Source: Planctomycetota bacterium | Lineage (GTDB): Bacteria > Planctomycetota > Planctomycetia > Pirellulales > UBA7805 | Direction: 5' to 3' | DNA: 32,218 nt | Assembly (NCBI GenBank): GCA_014237955.1 | Contig: JABABY010000006.1 | Coordinates: forward strand, 1-32,218 | In this document: one piece after another, positions 9,955 to 19,648 of the stretch | How positions within the stretch are numbered: the first letter of the stretch is position 1 | Layout of the letters: the number at the start of each line of letters is the position of its first letter | Notes under the pieces: generated by a model | Databases searched by the model: none | What the model was told of the DNA's origin: nothing | What the model saw: only the letters and a program-made list of their open reading frames with translations | Program-made: the position numbers and the translations under genes

Positions 9955-10127
9955 GGTGTTTCACCCTGGATAGATACCAACCTCGGGGTATAATAACGGA
10001 GTATTGATGGGATTGGATCTACCCCATTATAAGGCAAGGTTCCTCCAATCGGAGGCGTTCAGGACGAGCTTTCCGATCTGGGAGCCGTTTTAGGAAATTC
10101 CCCCGAAATCGGTCCCAAAAACATCCT

Positions 10128-11342
10128 ATGACAAAACAATTTTCCACAATTGAAGAGACCATCGATGCCTTTGCTCGGGGTGAGATCGTTATCATTCTGG
10201 ACGCCGAGGACCGGGAAAACGAAGGGGACTTCATCTGCGCGGGTGAAAAGATCACGCCGGAAATCGTCAATTTTATGATTACGGTTGGGAGAGGACAACT
10301 TTGTATGCCCATTCTTCCAGCCATTGCAGACCGCTTGCAACTCAAGTTAATGGTTGAAGAAAATACCAGCCCTCTTCGCACGCCCTTTACCGTTCCACTG
10401 GATCACCGGACCAACAAGACGGGAATTACGGCCGGGGAACGGGCAACCACCATTAGGGCTATTGTCGATCCAAACACCACCCCCGCAGACTTCGTACGAC
10501 CGGGACACCTGTTCCCGCTGATTTCCAAAGAGGGTGGGGTACTCCGAAGGGCTGGCCATACCGAAGCGGCCGTCGACCTTGCCCGATTAGCGAACCTAAC
10601 CCCCGCCGGAGTGCTTTGTGAAATTTTGGAAGAGGGTGGAAATCGAGCCTCGCGCGATGAATTATTTGCCCTGGCCGCTCAGCACGACCTAAAAATCACC
10701 ACGATTGAGCAGTTGATTCGCTATCGCCGCGTTCGGGAAAAACTTGTCTATCGCATCACCGAAGCCCAACTTCCAACTCGCTATGGTACGGGAATGATCA
10801 TTGGTTATGGGGTCAAATACGAATCACAACAACCACTTGTTTTTGTGATTGGCGACCTCACAAAAACAAGTGTACCTCTCGTCCGTTTGCACTCTTCCTG
10901 CTTTACGGGTGATTTGCTCGGCTCTCTTCGATGCGACTGTGGCGATCAATTGGATATGGCACTCAAAATGATCGGCGACGAAGGAGCGGGGGTACTCGTC
11001 TATCTTCCCCAGGAGGGCCGTGGGATTGGATTGGTGGAAAAGTTAAAGGCCTACCAACTACAAGATCAAGGACTCGATACGGTCGAGGCCAATTTGGCCC
11101 TGGGTTATAAAGTTGACACGCGCGATTACGGCATCGGGATCCAACTGTTAAAAGATCTCGGGCTAACACAGGTACGCCTGCTCACAAACAACCCGAAAAA
11201 AACCGACGCTTTTATCTATGGCGGTTTTGATCTGGAGGTGGTGGATCAGGTGCCGATCATGCCCCCGATCAACGAACATAATGCCCGCTATATTGCCACC
11301 AAAAGAGACAAACTTGGGCATCAGATTCCGGACGAAATGTAG
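10128..11342 (+). CDS. ribBA: Bifunctional 3,4-dihydroxy-2-butanone 4-phosphate synthase / GTP cyclohydrolase II
   Basis: DRENEGD, RPGHLFPL, GGVLRRAGHTEA; RLHSSCFTGD, SLRCDCGDQL, QEGRGIGL, DTVEAN, LLTNNPKK. Confidence 0.96.
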   Translation: MTKQFSTIEETIDAFARGEIVIILDAEDRENEGDFICAGEKITPEIVNFMITVGRGQLCMPILPAIADRLQLKLMVEENTSPLRTPFTVPLDHRTNKTGITAGERATTIRAIVDPNTTPADFVRPGHLFPLISKEGGVLRRAGHTEAAVDLARLANLTPAGVLCEILEEGGNRASRDELFALAAQHDLKITTIEQLIRYRRVREKLVYRITEAQLPTRYGTGMIIGYGVKYESQQPLVFVIGDLTKTSVPLVRLHSSCFTGDLLGSLRCDCGDQLDMALKMIGDEGAGVLVYLPQEGRGIGLVEKLKAYQLQDQGLDTVEANLALGYKVDTRDYGIGIQLLKDLGLTQVRLLTNNPKKTDAFIYGGFDLEVVDQVPIMPPINEHNARYIATKRDKLGHQIPDEM

Positions 11343-11519
11343 CGGCAATGATCGGGAGTGGTTCTGAGACACATCTCCGGGCAGTCGGGCTCCAAGTCGT
11401 GGGTCTTTAGATAATGCGTTTGCCGAGGGTTCCATTCCAGAGTCGCCGAGCCGTTTCAAACCAAACAAGCATGAAATATCAGTGCGCTGCGAAGACGCAC
11501 ACAGCATCCTTGCCCAGAT

Positions 11520-12299
11520 ATGACCGTCTTACAAATCCTGATACTGGGCGTAGTGCAGGGAATTACTGAATTTCTCCCGGTCAGTTCCTCCGGCCATTTG
11601 GTTGTCGCGCAAAGCTTGTTCCGCCAACTTAGCGGACAGGTGTGGCCGGATATGGTCATGGTTAATGTCTTTCTCCACCTCGGCACACTCGCGGCCATTG
11701 TGCTTTATTACTGGCGCCGTATCGTCCTGTTATTCTCAAAAGACCGCCGCGTGCTACTGCTGCTAGTAGTCGGAACAATTCCTGCGGTAGTGGTCGGACT
11801 CACGCTCAAACGACTGGCCCCAAACATTTTGCAAAGTCCTTTGCTAAGCGGATTCATGTTTCTCCTGACCGGGGCTTTACTCATCTGGGGTGGCAGGCGA
11901 GATGGCAAATGGAATTATGAACAATTGACGCTTGCTCAGGCGATTGGTATTGGCCTCTTCCAGGCAGCGGGCCTTCTGCCCGGAATCTCCCGCAGCGGCT
12001 GGACGATTGCCGGAGCGATGCTTTTGGGAGTCCGCCGTGAGTCGGCGACCACCTTCTCTTTCCTGCTGGCAATCCCGGTGATTGCGGGGGGTTCGGTGTT
12101 AGAAATTTGGGATTTTCCGGGCAGCAAAGAACCCGTTTCGCTGCTCCTGCTGGCTGCGGGTGCTGCGATTGCCTTTCTTGTGGGACTCCTCTCGCTTTGG
12201 GCGGTGGTACGGATTGTCGAGCGGGGCCGTTTGGCCTGGTTCGCCTGTTGGCTTTTTCCTCTGGGACTGGGGGTTATTATCTGGCAACTGGCAACCTAA
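11520..12299 (+). CDS. uppP: Undecaprenyl-diphosphate phosphatase (BacA family)
   Basis: GVVQGITEFLPVSSSGHL, HLGTL, PGISRSGWTI, FSFLLAIP; multi-pass hydrophobic protein. Confidence 0.95.
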   Translation: MTVLQILILGVVQGITEFLPVSSSGHLVVAQSLFRQLSGQVWPDMVMVNVFLHLGTLAAIVLYYWRRIVLLFSKDRRVLLLLVVGTIPAVVVGLTLKRLAPNILQSPLLSGFMFLLTGALLIWGGRRDGKWNYEQLTLAQAIGIGLFQAAGLLPGISRSGWTIAGAMLLGVRRESATTFSFLLAIPVIAGGSVLEIWDFPGSKEPVSLLLLAAGAAIAFLVGLLSLWAVVRIVERGRLAWFACWLFPLGLGVIIWQLAT

Positions 12300-12312
12300 G
12301 TGGCCGATTAGC

Positions 12313-12318
12313 TATAAT
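12313..12318 (+). promoter_or_regulatory. Probable -10 element of the ssrA promoter
   Basis: Consensus TATAAT about 70 nt upstream of the tmRNA 5' end. No clear -35. Confidence 0.35.
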
Positions 12319-12386
12319 GGCGACAGACGCGAGGATGCGGGCCGCATCAGCGACTTGCCTGAGCGCCTGCTTGCCATCTCACTTTT

Positions 12387-12745
12387 GGGGGCGAACTGGG
12401 TTCGACCGGATAGCCTGAAGTGGAAGTGGCGTGCCGTGGTTGGTCAGTTGGCCACGTTAAAAGCTGACCACACTATTTATTTGCCGAAGGTAACTTCGCA
12501 ATGGCCGCCTAGAGATAGGCGTCCCTGGCTGATGGCTTTCGTCGGAGAGGCCTGAAAGCTGGTCACCAATTCCGAATCGCCTGAAGTCACTGCTGGGCAC
12601 GCTTCAGGTTAAACCAGTTCCCGGCTAGCGCGGGTGGCATCCTGTCGATTGGAGTCCACACGAGCGAGAATTAAACAATCGACTACGCACGTAGAAGCTT
12701 TCATGAAAATATCGCGGGACGCGGGTTCGATTCCCGCCGCCTCCA
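12387..12745 (+). ncRNA. ssrA: tmRNA (transfer-messenger RNA)
   Basis: 5' GGGGGCG pairs with 3' CGCCTCC-A, including the G3:U alanine determinant. GGTTCGAC near the 5' end, T-arm GCGGGTTCGATTCCCGC, internal tag ORF, 359 nt. CCA not encoded. Confidence 0.95.
12483..12512 (+). other. tmRNA proteolysis tag reading frame (A)AEGNFAMAA*
   Basis: GCC GAA GGT AAC TTC GCA ATG GCC GCC TAG after an AT-rich resume context, ending in Ala-Ala. Confidence 0.85.
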
Positions 12746-12832
12746 CTTGTAGGGATCCCTTCCTGTAAATACCGAACGCTCTCGCTCAGTTTGCGTGTGC
12801 GCCGAGACAATCTTTAATACTCGGAAGACAAA

Positions 12833-13447
12833 ATGGGATGGTATTCCGACGTCATCTTCCCCCGCGTCTATGACTGGCTGATCGATACTCCGCATTGGGC
12901 AACGTATCGCCAAGAACAGTTGGAGGCCCTCGACGGTGATATCTTGGAGATCGGCGTGGGTACCGGACTCAACTTGCCGCACTACCCCAAACACGTCCGA
13001 AAACTTACGACAGTCGACCCGAGTCCGGGAATGAACAAACTGCTGCAAAAACGGATCGATGCGACGGGAATCGAAGTTGATCAGCGAATCCTTGGTGGCG
13101 AAGAGCTTCCCTTCGATGGGGAAACGTTCGATTGCGTTGTCAGTACCGTGACACTGTGCAGCATTCCCGGTGTGCAGCAAGCAATGCGTGAATTGTTCCG
13201 AGTGCTGCGACCCGGTGGCCGATTTCTATTTTTGGAACATGGCGTCAGTCCCGATCTAAAAGTCTATAAGTGGCAACGCCGGTTGAACGGGTTGCAAAAA
13301 AAGTTCGTGGGGGGCTGCCAACTTGATGTGGATATCCAAGGATTACTCGAGTCGCAGTCCTTTGAGTCTCTCACAATAGATAATTTTTACATGGAACGAA
13401 TGCCTAGAACGCACGGGTATATGTACCGTGGCGTGGCCATAAAATGA
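12833..13447 (+). CDS. Class I SAM-dependent methyltransferase (Methyltransf_11-like)
   Basis: ILEIGVGTGLNL, ELPFDGETFDCVVST, LCSIP, RVLRPGGRFLFLEHG. Confidence 0.92.
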   Translation: MGWYSDVIFPRVYDWLIDTPHWATYRQEQLEALDGDILEIGVGTGLNLPHYPKHVRKLTTVDPSPGMNKLLQKRIDATGIEVDQRILGGEELPFDGETFDCVVSTVTLCSIPGVQQAMRELFRVLRPGGRFLFLEHGVSPDLKVYKWQRRLNGLQKKFVGGCQLDVDIQGLLESQSFESLTIDNFYMERMPRTHGYMYRGVAIK

Positions 13448-13513
13448 CCGGCTGTGATTAGGGCACCCCACAATTGAATCGGCAAAGCCTTGCCCGGATC
13501 GCTTCCCAATGTC

Positions 13514-14650
13514 TTAGCCACCAAATCCTGGAAAGAGTCGCGGTCGCCCCGGAAAGATGCGGAATAGATTTGGCAAAATGTGGCGATCACGCAGGTGCCC
13601 CACCTGCCAACTCGGCTTCACGGTCCGGACAACGACTTCGACCGTACTGTTGAAATTCCCTTCCATAGTCCAAACCTGTTTCCGATCCGGATCGTAGCTT
13701 AAGAGCATGAAACTGTGGCCCGGCATACGGACATAATCGCCGTGGATCGGTACTTGCGCACTCAGTTCGGGAATGTTGCTGCCAAGATTGTAGGGATGTT
13801 CTGTATCAAACAGGTTGTGTAACTGGGTGCGGCCATTGTTCGCGCCCACGGTACAAAATCCGGTAGCCCACATGTAGTAGGCGTAACAATCCATCGGATA
13901 GTTTTCTCCCGTTCGCCAACCATTGAGTCTGTAATAAAACTCTTTAAAGGTTCGCATCACAATTTTTTTCCTCGCGCGATCCAGTCGCGTCAATCCCGAA
14001 GTTGCCGTGTAATAAGGGTAAGGCACCCTGCCGATGAGCGTCTGTCTGCCCTGGCTTTCTGCCTTGCGGTGTAGATTGACAAACAAGCGATACACGTGGG
14101 CAGGCTGGATAAGCGGTTGTTCCCAAGACTGATTTTCTAGATCGAAAAAGGCATAGATCACAGCACCGCTTTTGGCGGGGGGACTTTTTTGTCGGTCTCG
14201 AAGGTGCGGCTTTTCAAGCGTGACCGGCACAAACACGCTCTGTTGGCGATCCGAGTTTTGAAGATCTGTAATCTGCACCTCAGCCACCAATGGTGTCTTC
14301 TGTTGAATCTCTGCAAACTCTCCAAGACAGAGGTGGACCCGCATGGAACCGTCAAAAAAACCTTCTTCCCCCATTACCGGATCGTAATGGTAACTGACCG
14401 GCAGGCCAGTATAGCTGTGCGTTGTAGGATCAAGCTTTGGTGCAATCTTCTTGGAGAGATATATCGTCGGCTCTGGTTCTTCGTCTATGGGGTTGTTGGC
14501 AGTGATATTGGTATTGGTGTTGTAGGTGGCCGTATTGTATTGGCGGTTCCCACGGCGGCGCCAAGCAGACGCTTGGTCGGTCGTGCCGAGTGACAAAAGA
14601 AATAGAACCGAAGCTACATACAATACTTGTCGCTTGCTCACGCTCAACAT
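13514..14650 (-). CDS. Secreted protein with putative C-terminal CHAP/NlpC-P60-like cysteine hydrolase domain
   Basis: Likely start MLSVSKRQ (14650), signal peptide ending ASA-WRRRG. C-terminal MDCYAYYMWA...GDYVRMPGHSFML...VWTMEGNFN resembles the CHAP Cys/His/EGN pattern. Confidence 0.6.
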   Translation of the reverse strand: MLSVSKRQVLYVASVLFLLSLGTTDQASAWRRRGNRQYNTATYNTNTNITANNPIDEEPEPTIYLSKKIAPKLDPTTHSYTGLPVSYHYDPVMGEEGFFDGSMRVHLCLGEFAEIQQKTPLVAEVQITDLQNSDRQQSVFVPVTLEKPHLRDRQKSPPAKSGAVIYAFFDLENQSWEQPLIQPAHVYRLFVNLHRKAESQGRQTLIGRVPYPYYTATSGLTRLDRARKKIVMRTFKEFYYRLNGWRTGENYPMDCYAYYMWATGFCTVGANNGRTQLHNLFDTEHPYNLGSNIPELSAQVPIHGDYVRMPGHSFMLLSYDPDRKQVWTMEGNFNSTVEVVVRTVKPSWQVGHLRDRHILPNLFRIFPGRPRLFPGFGG

Positions 14651-14915
14651 AAGGTTTCCTCGTCTTTTGGTGTCTTTAGCAGTTGGCGAGACCTTCGGGT
14701 AGGAACTCCAAAGTGGAGCAAGAAGGATATGTACTGAGTTGCACTGCCAATTCACGGTGGGTGGATTAACCGCGATTCTAAAAAATGAAGCGGAAAGGAA
14801 AAGACACCCCACCACTCTTTTATCACTTTCAAATTGAAACAAACAACGATGTTGGCACAGCAACAGATAAACATGCGTGATTTCCCCAGTGGTGGACTAC
14901 CTTTAGAGAAATTTT

Positions 14916-15383
14916 TTAGCGATGGCAGGGAAGAAGTCCCCCGTCCACAGTAAACGCCTGCCGGATTTTTTTCACGCGGTCCCGGTTTACCCCCAGGTCG
15001 GAGTATCCTCTACGCGACGCGGAGCGGATCTGAATCTCATGACCATTCGGCGCGACAAAAAATTCGAGGTCATCGACGAAACCAAACAGACGGCTTCGAC
15101 ATTCAAAATGCAAATATCCCTCCTGACGCACGACCAGCATCACACCTCGCATCTTCGTTGCTACCAGTGTGATGCGGTCCATTGCATCTTCAGCCGTTCC
15201 CTCAAATTGCAACGGCATAATGTGATGCTTCGAATCCGTTGCCTGTGTGGAAACACAATTGGGTGATTTTGGACACCCGGAAAGCCGACCATTCACTACC
15301 CCACAATGATCCCGACCCGATGAAAACATCTTGATAACTCCACAACCGGTAATAACAGAACCGGCCCCTAACAAATGGGCCAT
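14916..15383 (-). CDS. DUF1499 domain protein
   Basis: LSGCPKSPNCVSTQA, GYLHFECRSRLFGFVDDLEF, IRSASRRGYSDLGVNRDRV. Confidence 0.88.
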   Translation of the reverse strand: MAHLLGAGSVITGCGVIKMFSSGRDHCGVVNGRLSGCPKSPNCVSTQATDSKHHIMPLQFEGTAEDAMDRITLVATKMRGVMLVVRQEGYLHFECRSRLFGFVDDLEFFVAPNGHEIQIRSASRRGYSDLGVNRDRVKKIRQAFTVDGGLLPCHR

Positions 15384-15625
15384 CGCTGGCTACTCAGAGA
15401 TTGTTCCCATTCCGTATGCCACCATCTTACAAGTACCGACAGTTTCTAACAGGTCTTGGTAGAGAGGAGGCGAAATGAACCTGAGTACCTCTCGAAGGCA
15501 TCACTGACACTTTTTTTGGCAGAAAAGATCTCCAATATTGCACTCGGTCCAAATTGTTCTTATGGATGCCGATCGATTAGAATGGGGTAGTCGATTTCCA
15601 TACAATCCTACCGCTGACATATCGA

Positions 15626-16597
15626 ATGCCTTTGATCATCCCACCTCTCCGGCGTCGTGCATTCACGCTCGTTGAACTTCTCGTTGTGATTGCAGTTATA
15701 GGAATCTTGGCTGCCTTACTACTACCTGCGATCAACTCGGTACGAGAATCAGCACGCCGTGGTCAGTGTTCCAATAATCTGCGGCAAATTGGCATTGCTT
15801 GTCAGAGTCACGTTGGCTCTTTTGGCATCTATCCTTCAGGTGGCTGGGGCTATGCCTGGGTGGGAAGTCCTGAGATGGGCCATGGACAGAAACAGGCCGG
15901 GGGCTGGATCTATAATATTTTACCCTTTGTCGGCCAGGAAGCACTCCACGACATGGGCCGCGGACTGAGTGAGAATGATCGCCTTACAGAGGCGGCAAAG
16001 AGGATTCAGACACCAATCGATCTTTTCACATGTCCGACAAGACGTCCTTCCCGTGCTTGGCCCATTCAGGGAGAAGCGGCCCATCTCCGCAAGCCAATCA
16101 ATGCGGGAGAGGTCGAACGGGTCGCCCGCGCGTGCTATGCCATCAATGCTGGAAGCGTGATGGGGGACAATCCTCCACCCGGCCCCGATTCACTAGAAGC
16201 CGCCGATGGTTTTGCGTGGACCGATGTCAGTCAGTACAACGGCGTCAGCTATCAGCGGAGTACCGTTCGCGACAAACACATTAAAGACGGTAAAAGCAAA
16301 ACTCTTCTTGTGGCCGAAAAATATCTCCACAAACGTTTTTATGAAAACGGATCGGATAACGGAGATAATGAGAGCATGTACGCCGGTTACAGCATTGATT
16401 TAAACCGTTTTGCAACGAGTGAGCTCATGCCGTTTCCAGATGGCATCCACGATGGCAGTAGCTTAACCCGGCGATTTGGAGGACCGCACGCTGTGTGGAA
16501 TGCGGTCTTTTGCGATGGCTCTGTCCGCGGTCTCGATTTTGAGATCGATCCCATCATCCATGAACAGCAAGCCAATCGGGATAATTGGAGTCTTTAA
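15626..16597 (+). CDS. DUF1559 protein with prepilin-type N-terminal cleavage/methylation site and H-X9-DG-like motif
   Basis: RRAFTLVELLVVIAVIGILAALLLPAINSVRESARRGQCSNNLRQIG, IKDGKSKTLLVAEK, FGGPHAVWNAVFCDGSV. Confidence 0.93.
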   Translation: MPLIIPPLRRRAFTLVELLVVIAVIGILAALLLPAINSVRESARRGQCSNNLRQIGIACQSHVGSFGIYPSGGWGYAWVGSPEMGHGQKQAGGWIYNILPFVGQEALHDMGRGLSENDRLTEAAKRIQTPIDLFTCPTRRPSRAWPIQGEAAHLRKPINAGEVERVARACYAINAGSVMGDNPPPGPDSLEAADGFAWTDVSQYNGVSYQRSTVRDKHIKDGKSKTLLVAEKYLHKRFYENGSDNGDNESMYAGYSIDLNRFATSELMPFPDGIHDGSSLTRRFGGPHAVWNAVFCDGSVRGLDFEIDPIIHEQQANRDNWSL

Positions 16598-16702
16598 TTG
16601 TTCGATCTTTGCAACATGGTGACATGGAAAATCTCCAATCGACCGCAGAGACCAAGATGACAAAATCTGATCCAGTGGAGTGAAAACAGCTTGCGAGAGG
16701 AA

Positions 16703-17107
16703 ATGCCCCCACCAATACAGATACCGACCAATGAGACCGGAGTGATCATTGTGGATCACGGCTCGCGACGGAGTGAGAGTAATGAAATGCTCCTGGATAT
16801 CGTTGCCGCGTTTCGAGAAAGCAACGACTATCTGGCGGTCGAACCGGCCCATATGGAGCTTACGGAGCCTTCTTTAAAACAGGCATTTACCCGCCTCGTG
16901 CAGCAGGGTTCAAAGCTCGTTGTTATCCACCCCTACTTTCTCCTGCCGGGCCGGCATTGGGATGAGGATATTCCGACTCTTGCAGCAGAGGCTGCTGCGG
17001 AACACCCCGATATTCTATATCGGATTACCGCACCGCTCGGCGCACATCCGCTTCTAGGGAAGATTATTATGCAGCGGATTGAAGAGTGTCTCGGCCAGAC
17101 CTCTTAA
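16703..17107 (+). CDS. CbiX/SirB-family small sirohydrochlorin chelatase
   Basis: IIVDHGSRR, AHMELTEPSL, HPYFLLPGRHWDEDIP, PLGAHPLL. ATG at 16703 after GAGAGG. Confidence 0.85.
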   Translation: MPPPIQIPTNETGVIIVDHGSRRSESNEMLLDIVAAFRESNDYLAVEPAHMELTEPSLKQAFTRLVQQGSKLVVIHPYFLLPGRHWDEDIPTLAAEAAAEHPDILYRITAPLGAHPLLGKIIMQRIEECLGQTS

Positions 17108-17124
17108 AACGTCCTCTACATCGG

Positions 17125-17610
17125 CTATGTTGTGAGCCGTTCTATGAGCAGTCGCAGGGCGCTTTTGGCCGCCTCCCGCTGCCGCTCAGAGCGACTCTGC
17201 GTTACAAGCTGATGGCGAGTGATTTGGCAGTCGTCGTTTCCGCGCCACGCGATCGCAATGAAAAGAATGCCATCCTCTTCAACCGGCGCATCGGGTCCCA
17301 AATGCCCCGTAACCGCGACGGCCAAATCGGCTTCCGGTGTCATCGCAAGCACACCGCAAACCATCTCTTTGGCCACCTCCTCGCTCACCGCACTATAGCG
17401 GGTGAGTGAATTGGCCAAAACGCCCAACCACGCCTTTTTTGTCTCCTCACGATAGGTGACTGCAGAACCACACAACCACGCCGACGCACCTGGTACAGCG
17501 ACGAGTTCGGCAGCAATGCGACCGCCTGTACAGCTCTCCGTCAGTACCAAACGAAGCTTTTGCTCAGCAAGTAATTTCAATACATTGGCAGACTCATCCG
17601 AAAATGTCAT
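17125..17610 (-). CDS. CinA C-terminal domain / PncC nicotinamide-nucleotide amidohydrolase family protein
   Basis: TESCTGG, VPGASAW, AVTYREETK, AVSEEVAKEM, AVTGHLGP. Confidence 0.88.
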   Translation of the reverse strand: MTFSDESANVLKLLAEQKLRLVLTESCTGGRIAAELVAVPGASAWLCGSAVTYREETKKAWLGVLANSLTRYSAVSEEVAKEMVCGVLAMTPEADLAVAVTGHLGPDAPVEEDGILFIAIAWRGNDDCQITRHQLVTQSRSERQREAAKSALRLLIERLTT

Positions 17611-17647
17611 GTCCGTCTCTACCCTCTAGAAAGGCGGCCGTGAAAAA

Positions 17648-18418
17648 TCATTTCCGAGGCTGCAACTCGGCCGATGTTTCTGTATCGGGCGGATGGCCTT
17701 TTGCTGTGTTGTGTTCTGCCTCTTCCAGTGCCCGGGCCTGACCGAGGGCGGAGGTGACGATCGCTGCCGGTACGGCCACAATACCAACGCCAATCATCAA
17801 TACCAAAACAGTAAACAAGCGGCCCCCAAGAGTTACCGGGTAGACATCCCCATAACCGACCGTAGTGAGTGTGATTACCGCCCACCAGAGGCTATGAAAT
17901 ATTGAGGTGAATTTATCCGGCTGGGCATCCTTCTCAAAATAGTACGTTCCCACGGCAGCAACAAACAAGAGAAAGCCGGTAAGGGAGAAAAAAAGGGTGA
18001 TCTCTTCCTTAGAAATCAGGAACGCGTGATGAAACCGCTGGATGGCTTTGTTGTAGCGGACTAATTTCAAAATTTGAAAGATTCGCATCAAGCGGAAGGT
18101 TCGTAAGGGCCGCAAATCAATCCCCGCATTGAGATAGAAGGGGAGGATCGACATCAGATCAACGAGGCCAAAAAAACTGAAAATGTAACGCAGCTTATTG
18201 CGGGCAACAAAGATTCGGAGAAGGTATTCCAAGGTAAAGATTGTCACCACAATAATCTCTTCCCACCTTAAGATCTCACGGACTGTTGGCGAGAGGTTCG
18301 GTAGCGTACCGATCGCGAATGAAATGAGTGTTGCAAAAATGATAATCTGGATGCCCCAAGCAAACCGCCGGCCATTCGTCGTTTCTGGATTTTCAATAAT
18401 CTCACGCAAAGCATTCAT
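17648..18418 (-). CDS. Six-TM voltage-gated potassium channel-like ion transporter
   Basis: S4-like LRPLRTFRLMRIFQILKLVR; pore WWAVITLTTVGYGD. Likely start MNALREII. Confidence 0.92.
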   Translation of the reverse strand: MNALREIIENPETTNGRRFAWGIQIIIFATLISFAIGTLPNLSPTVREILRWEEIIVVTIFTLEYLLRIFVARNKLRYIFSFFGLVDLMSILPFYLNAGIDLRPLRTFRLMRIFQILKLVRYNKAIQRFHHAFLISKEEITLFFSLTGFLLFVAAVGTYYFEKDAQPDKFTSIFHSLWWAVITLTTVGYGDVYPVTLGGRLFTVLVLMIGVGIVAVPAAIVTSALGQARALEEAEHNTAKGHPPDTETSAELQPRK

Positions 18419-18684
18419 CAGAACAAACTTTCTTAAGCAACCAGAAGGGGGCAATACACCGCTCAACGATAGAAATATCCAAAGAGATTAATAATGATTG
18501 CAGAGCTTGGCAATACGAAACCATCTTCACGGGCGCAAAAAGTAGCAACTCCAGGACTTCGAAAGCGATGTTGGGGCCGAATGGGCAGCGGAGCAGTGAT
18601 TTTTGAGTGTGGCTTACAATTCGGCAACTTTGCGCCATAATCGGCTGCAGTTTTATGGGACCTTTTTCAAAAAAGCCTCCAAGT

Positions 18685-19158
18685 ATGTCTCTCACTGTTT
18701 TGCAGCAGATCGAACATCGGCTCAATGAGCAAGGGATCGTTTATGATGTTTTACGTCATGAACCGGTTTACACCAGTGCAGAGGCTGCAGCTGTAAGAGG
18801 AGCGCCCCTCTGTAGTGGTGCAAAAGCACTCATCTGCAAGTGTGATGCGACGATGGCGATGTTTGTCCTGCCCGCAGATCTGCGCCTGGCGAGCAAACAA
18901 ATCCGTCGTGAGAAAAACTACCGCAAACTACGATTCGCCACACCGGAGGAGGTTTGGGAACTCACCCAGCTCAAGCCGGGATCCATTCCTCCCTTCGGAA
19001 GCCTCTTCGATTTGCCAACGTTCTGCGACGTGGCGCTCTCAAAAAATGAGCGGATCAATTTCAACGCAGGGGACCATTCTGTTTCGATCAGCATGATTTA
19101 CACCGATTATTTGGCCGTCGAAAATCCTCATCTTATGCCGTGTGGTGACCCTGGCTAA
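18685..19158 (+). CDS. YbaK/ProX-family aminoacyl-tRNA editing domain protein
   Basis: HEPVYTSAEAA, GAKALI, LRFATPEE, PGSIPPFG, INFNAGDHSVSI. Likely start ATG 18685. Confidence 0.85.
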   Translation: MSLTVLQQIEHRLNEQGIVYDVLRHEPVYTSAEAAAVRGAPLCSGAKALICKCDATMAMFVLPADLRLASKQIRREKNYRKLRFATPEEVWELTQLKPGSIPPFGSLFDLPTFCDVALSKNERINFNAGDHSVSISMIYTDYLAVENPHLMPCGDPG

Positions 19159-19218
19159 GAAAAGACAAAAAGTGCAGTCAATCACAAATAATCTCTGCTT
19201 CATGATTGGAGGGCTGCT

Positions 19219-19641
19219 GTGAAAATATCTACACAAGAACTCTGGCTGGAGGTGCCCGAGCGACGGGCCATCGTCTCGCTCCACTCCGAGGTGGAGCGCC
19301 TGGTACAGGAGAGCGGGGTCCAGGAGGGTCTGGTGTTGGTCAACGCCATGCACATTACTGCCTCGGTCTTCATTAACGACAACGAAACAGGACTGCACCA
19401 CGACTATGAACTCTGGCTCGAGTCCCTCGCGCCGTTTGATGCTTCGCCACAGCGCTACCACCACAACCGCACGGGCGAAGATAACGCTGATGCCCACATG
19501 AAACGCCAAATCATGGGTCGTGAGGTTGTGCTGGCCATTACAGAGGGCAGGTTGCACCTCGGTCCGTGGGAACACATTTTTTATTATGAATTTGACGGAT
19601 TACGCAAAAAACGAGTGCTCGTCAAGATCGTGGGGGAGTGA
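19219..19641 (+). CDS. yjbQ: YjbQ (UPF0047) family protein
   Basis: [43 protein letters not shown]; GTG start. Confidence 0.9.
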   Translation: MKISTQELWLEVPERRAIVSLHSEVERLVQESGVQEGLVLVNAMHITASVFINDNETGLHHDYELWLESLAPFDASPQRYHHNRTGEDNADAHMKRQIMGREVVLAITEGRLHLGPWEHIFYYEFDGLRKKRVLVKIVGE

Positions 19642-19648
19642 ATCTCTC

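Noticed and set aside
13513-13522. CTTAGCCACC identical to the tRNA-His 3' end (possible att site)
   Set aside because: Only 10 bp, lies upstream of the tRNA, overlaps a stop codon and would bracket core genes such as lepA; most likely chance
15384-15425. In-frame TAG between upstream ATGs and the DUF1499 start (possible pyrrolysine or readthrough)
   Set aside because: The upstream 11 codons show no domain similarity, the gene is complete without them, and there is no Pyl context
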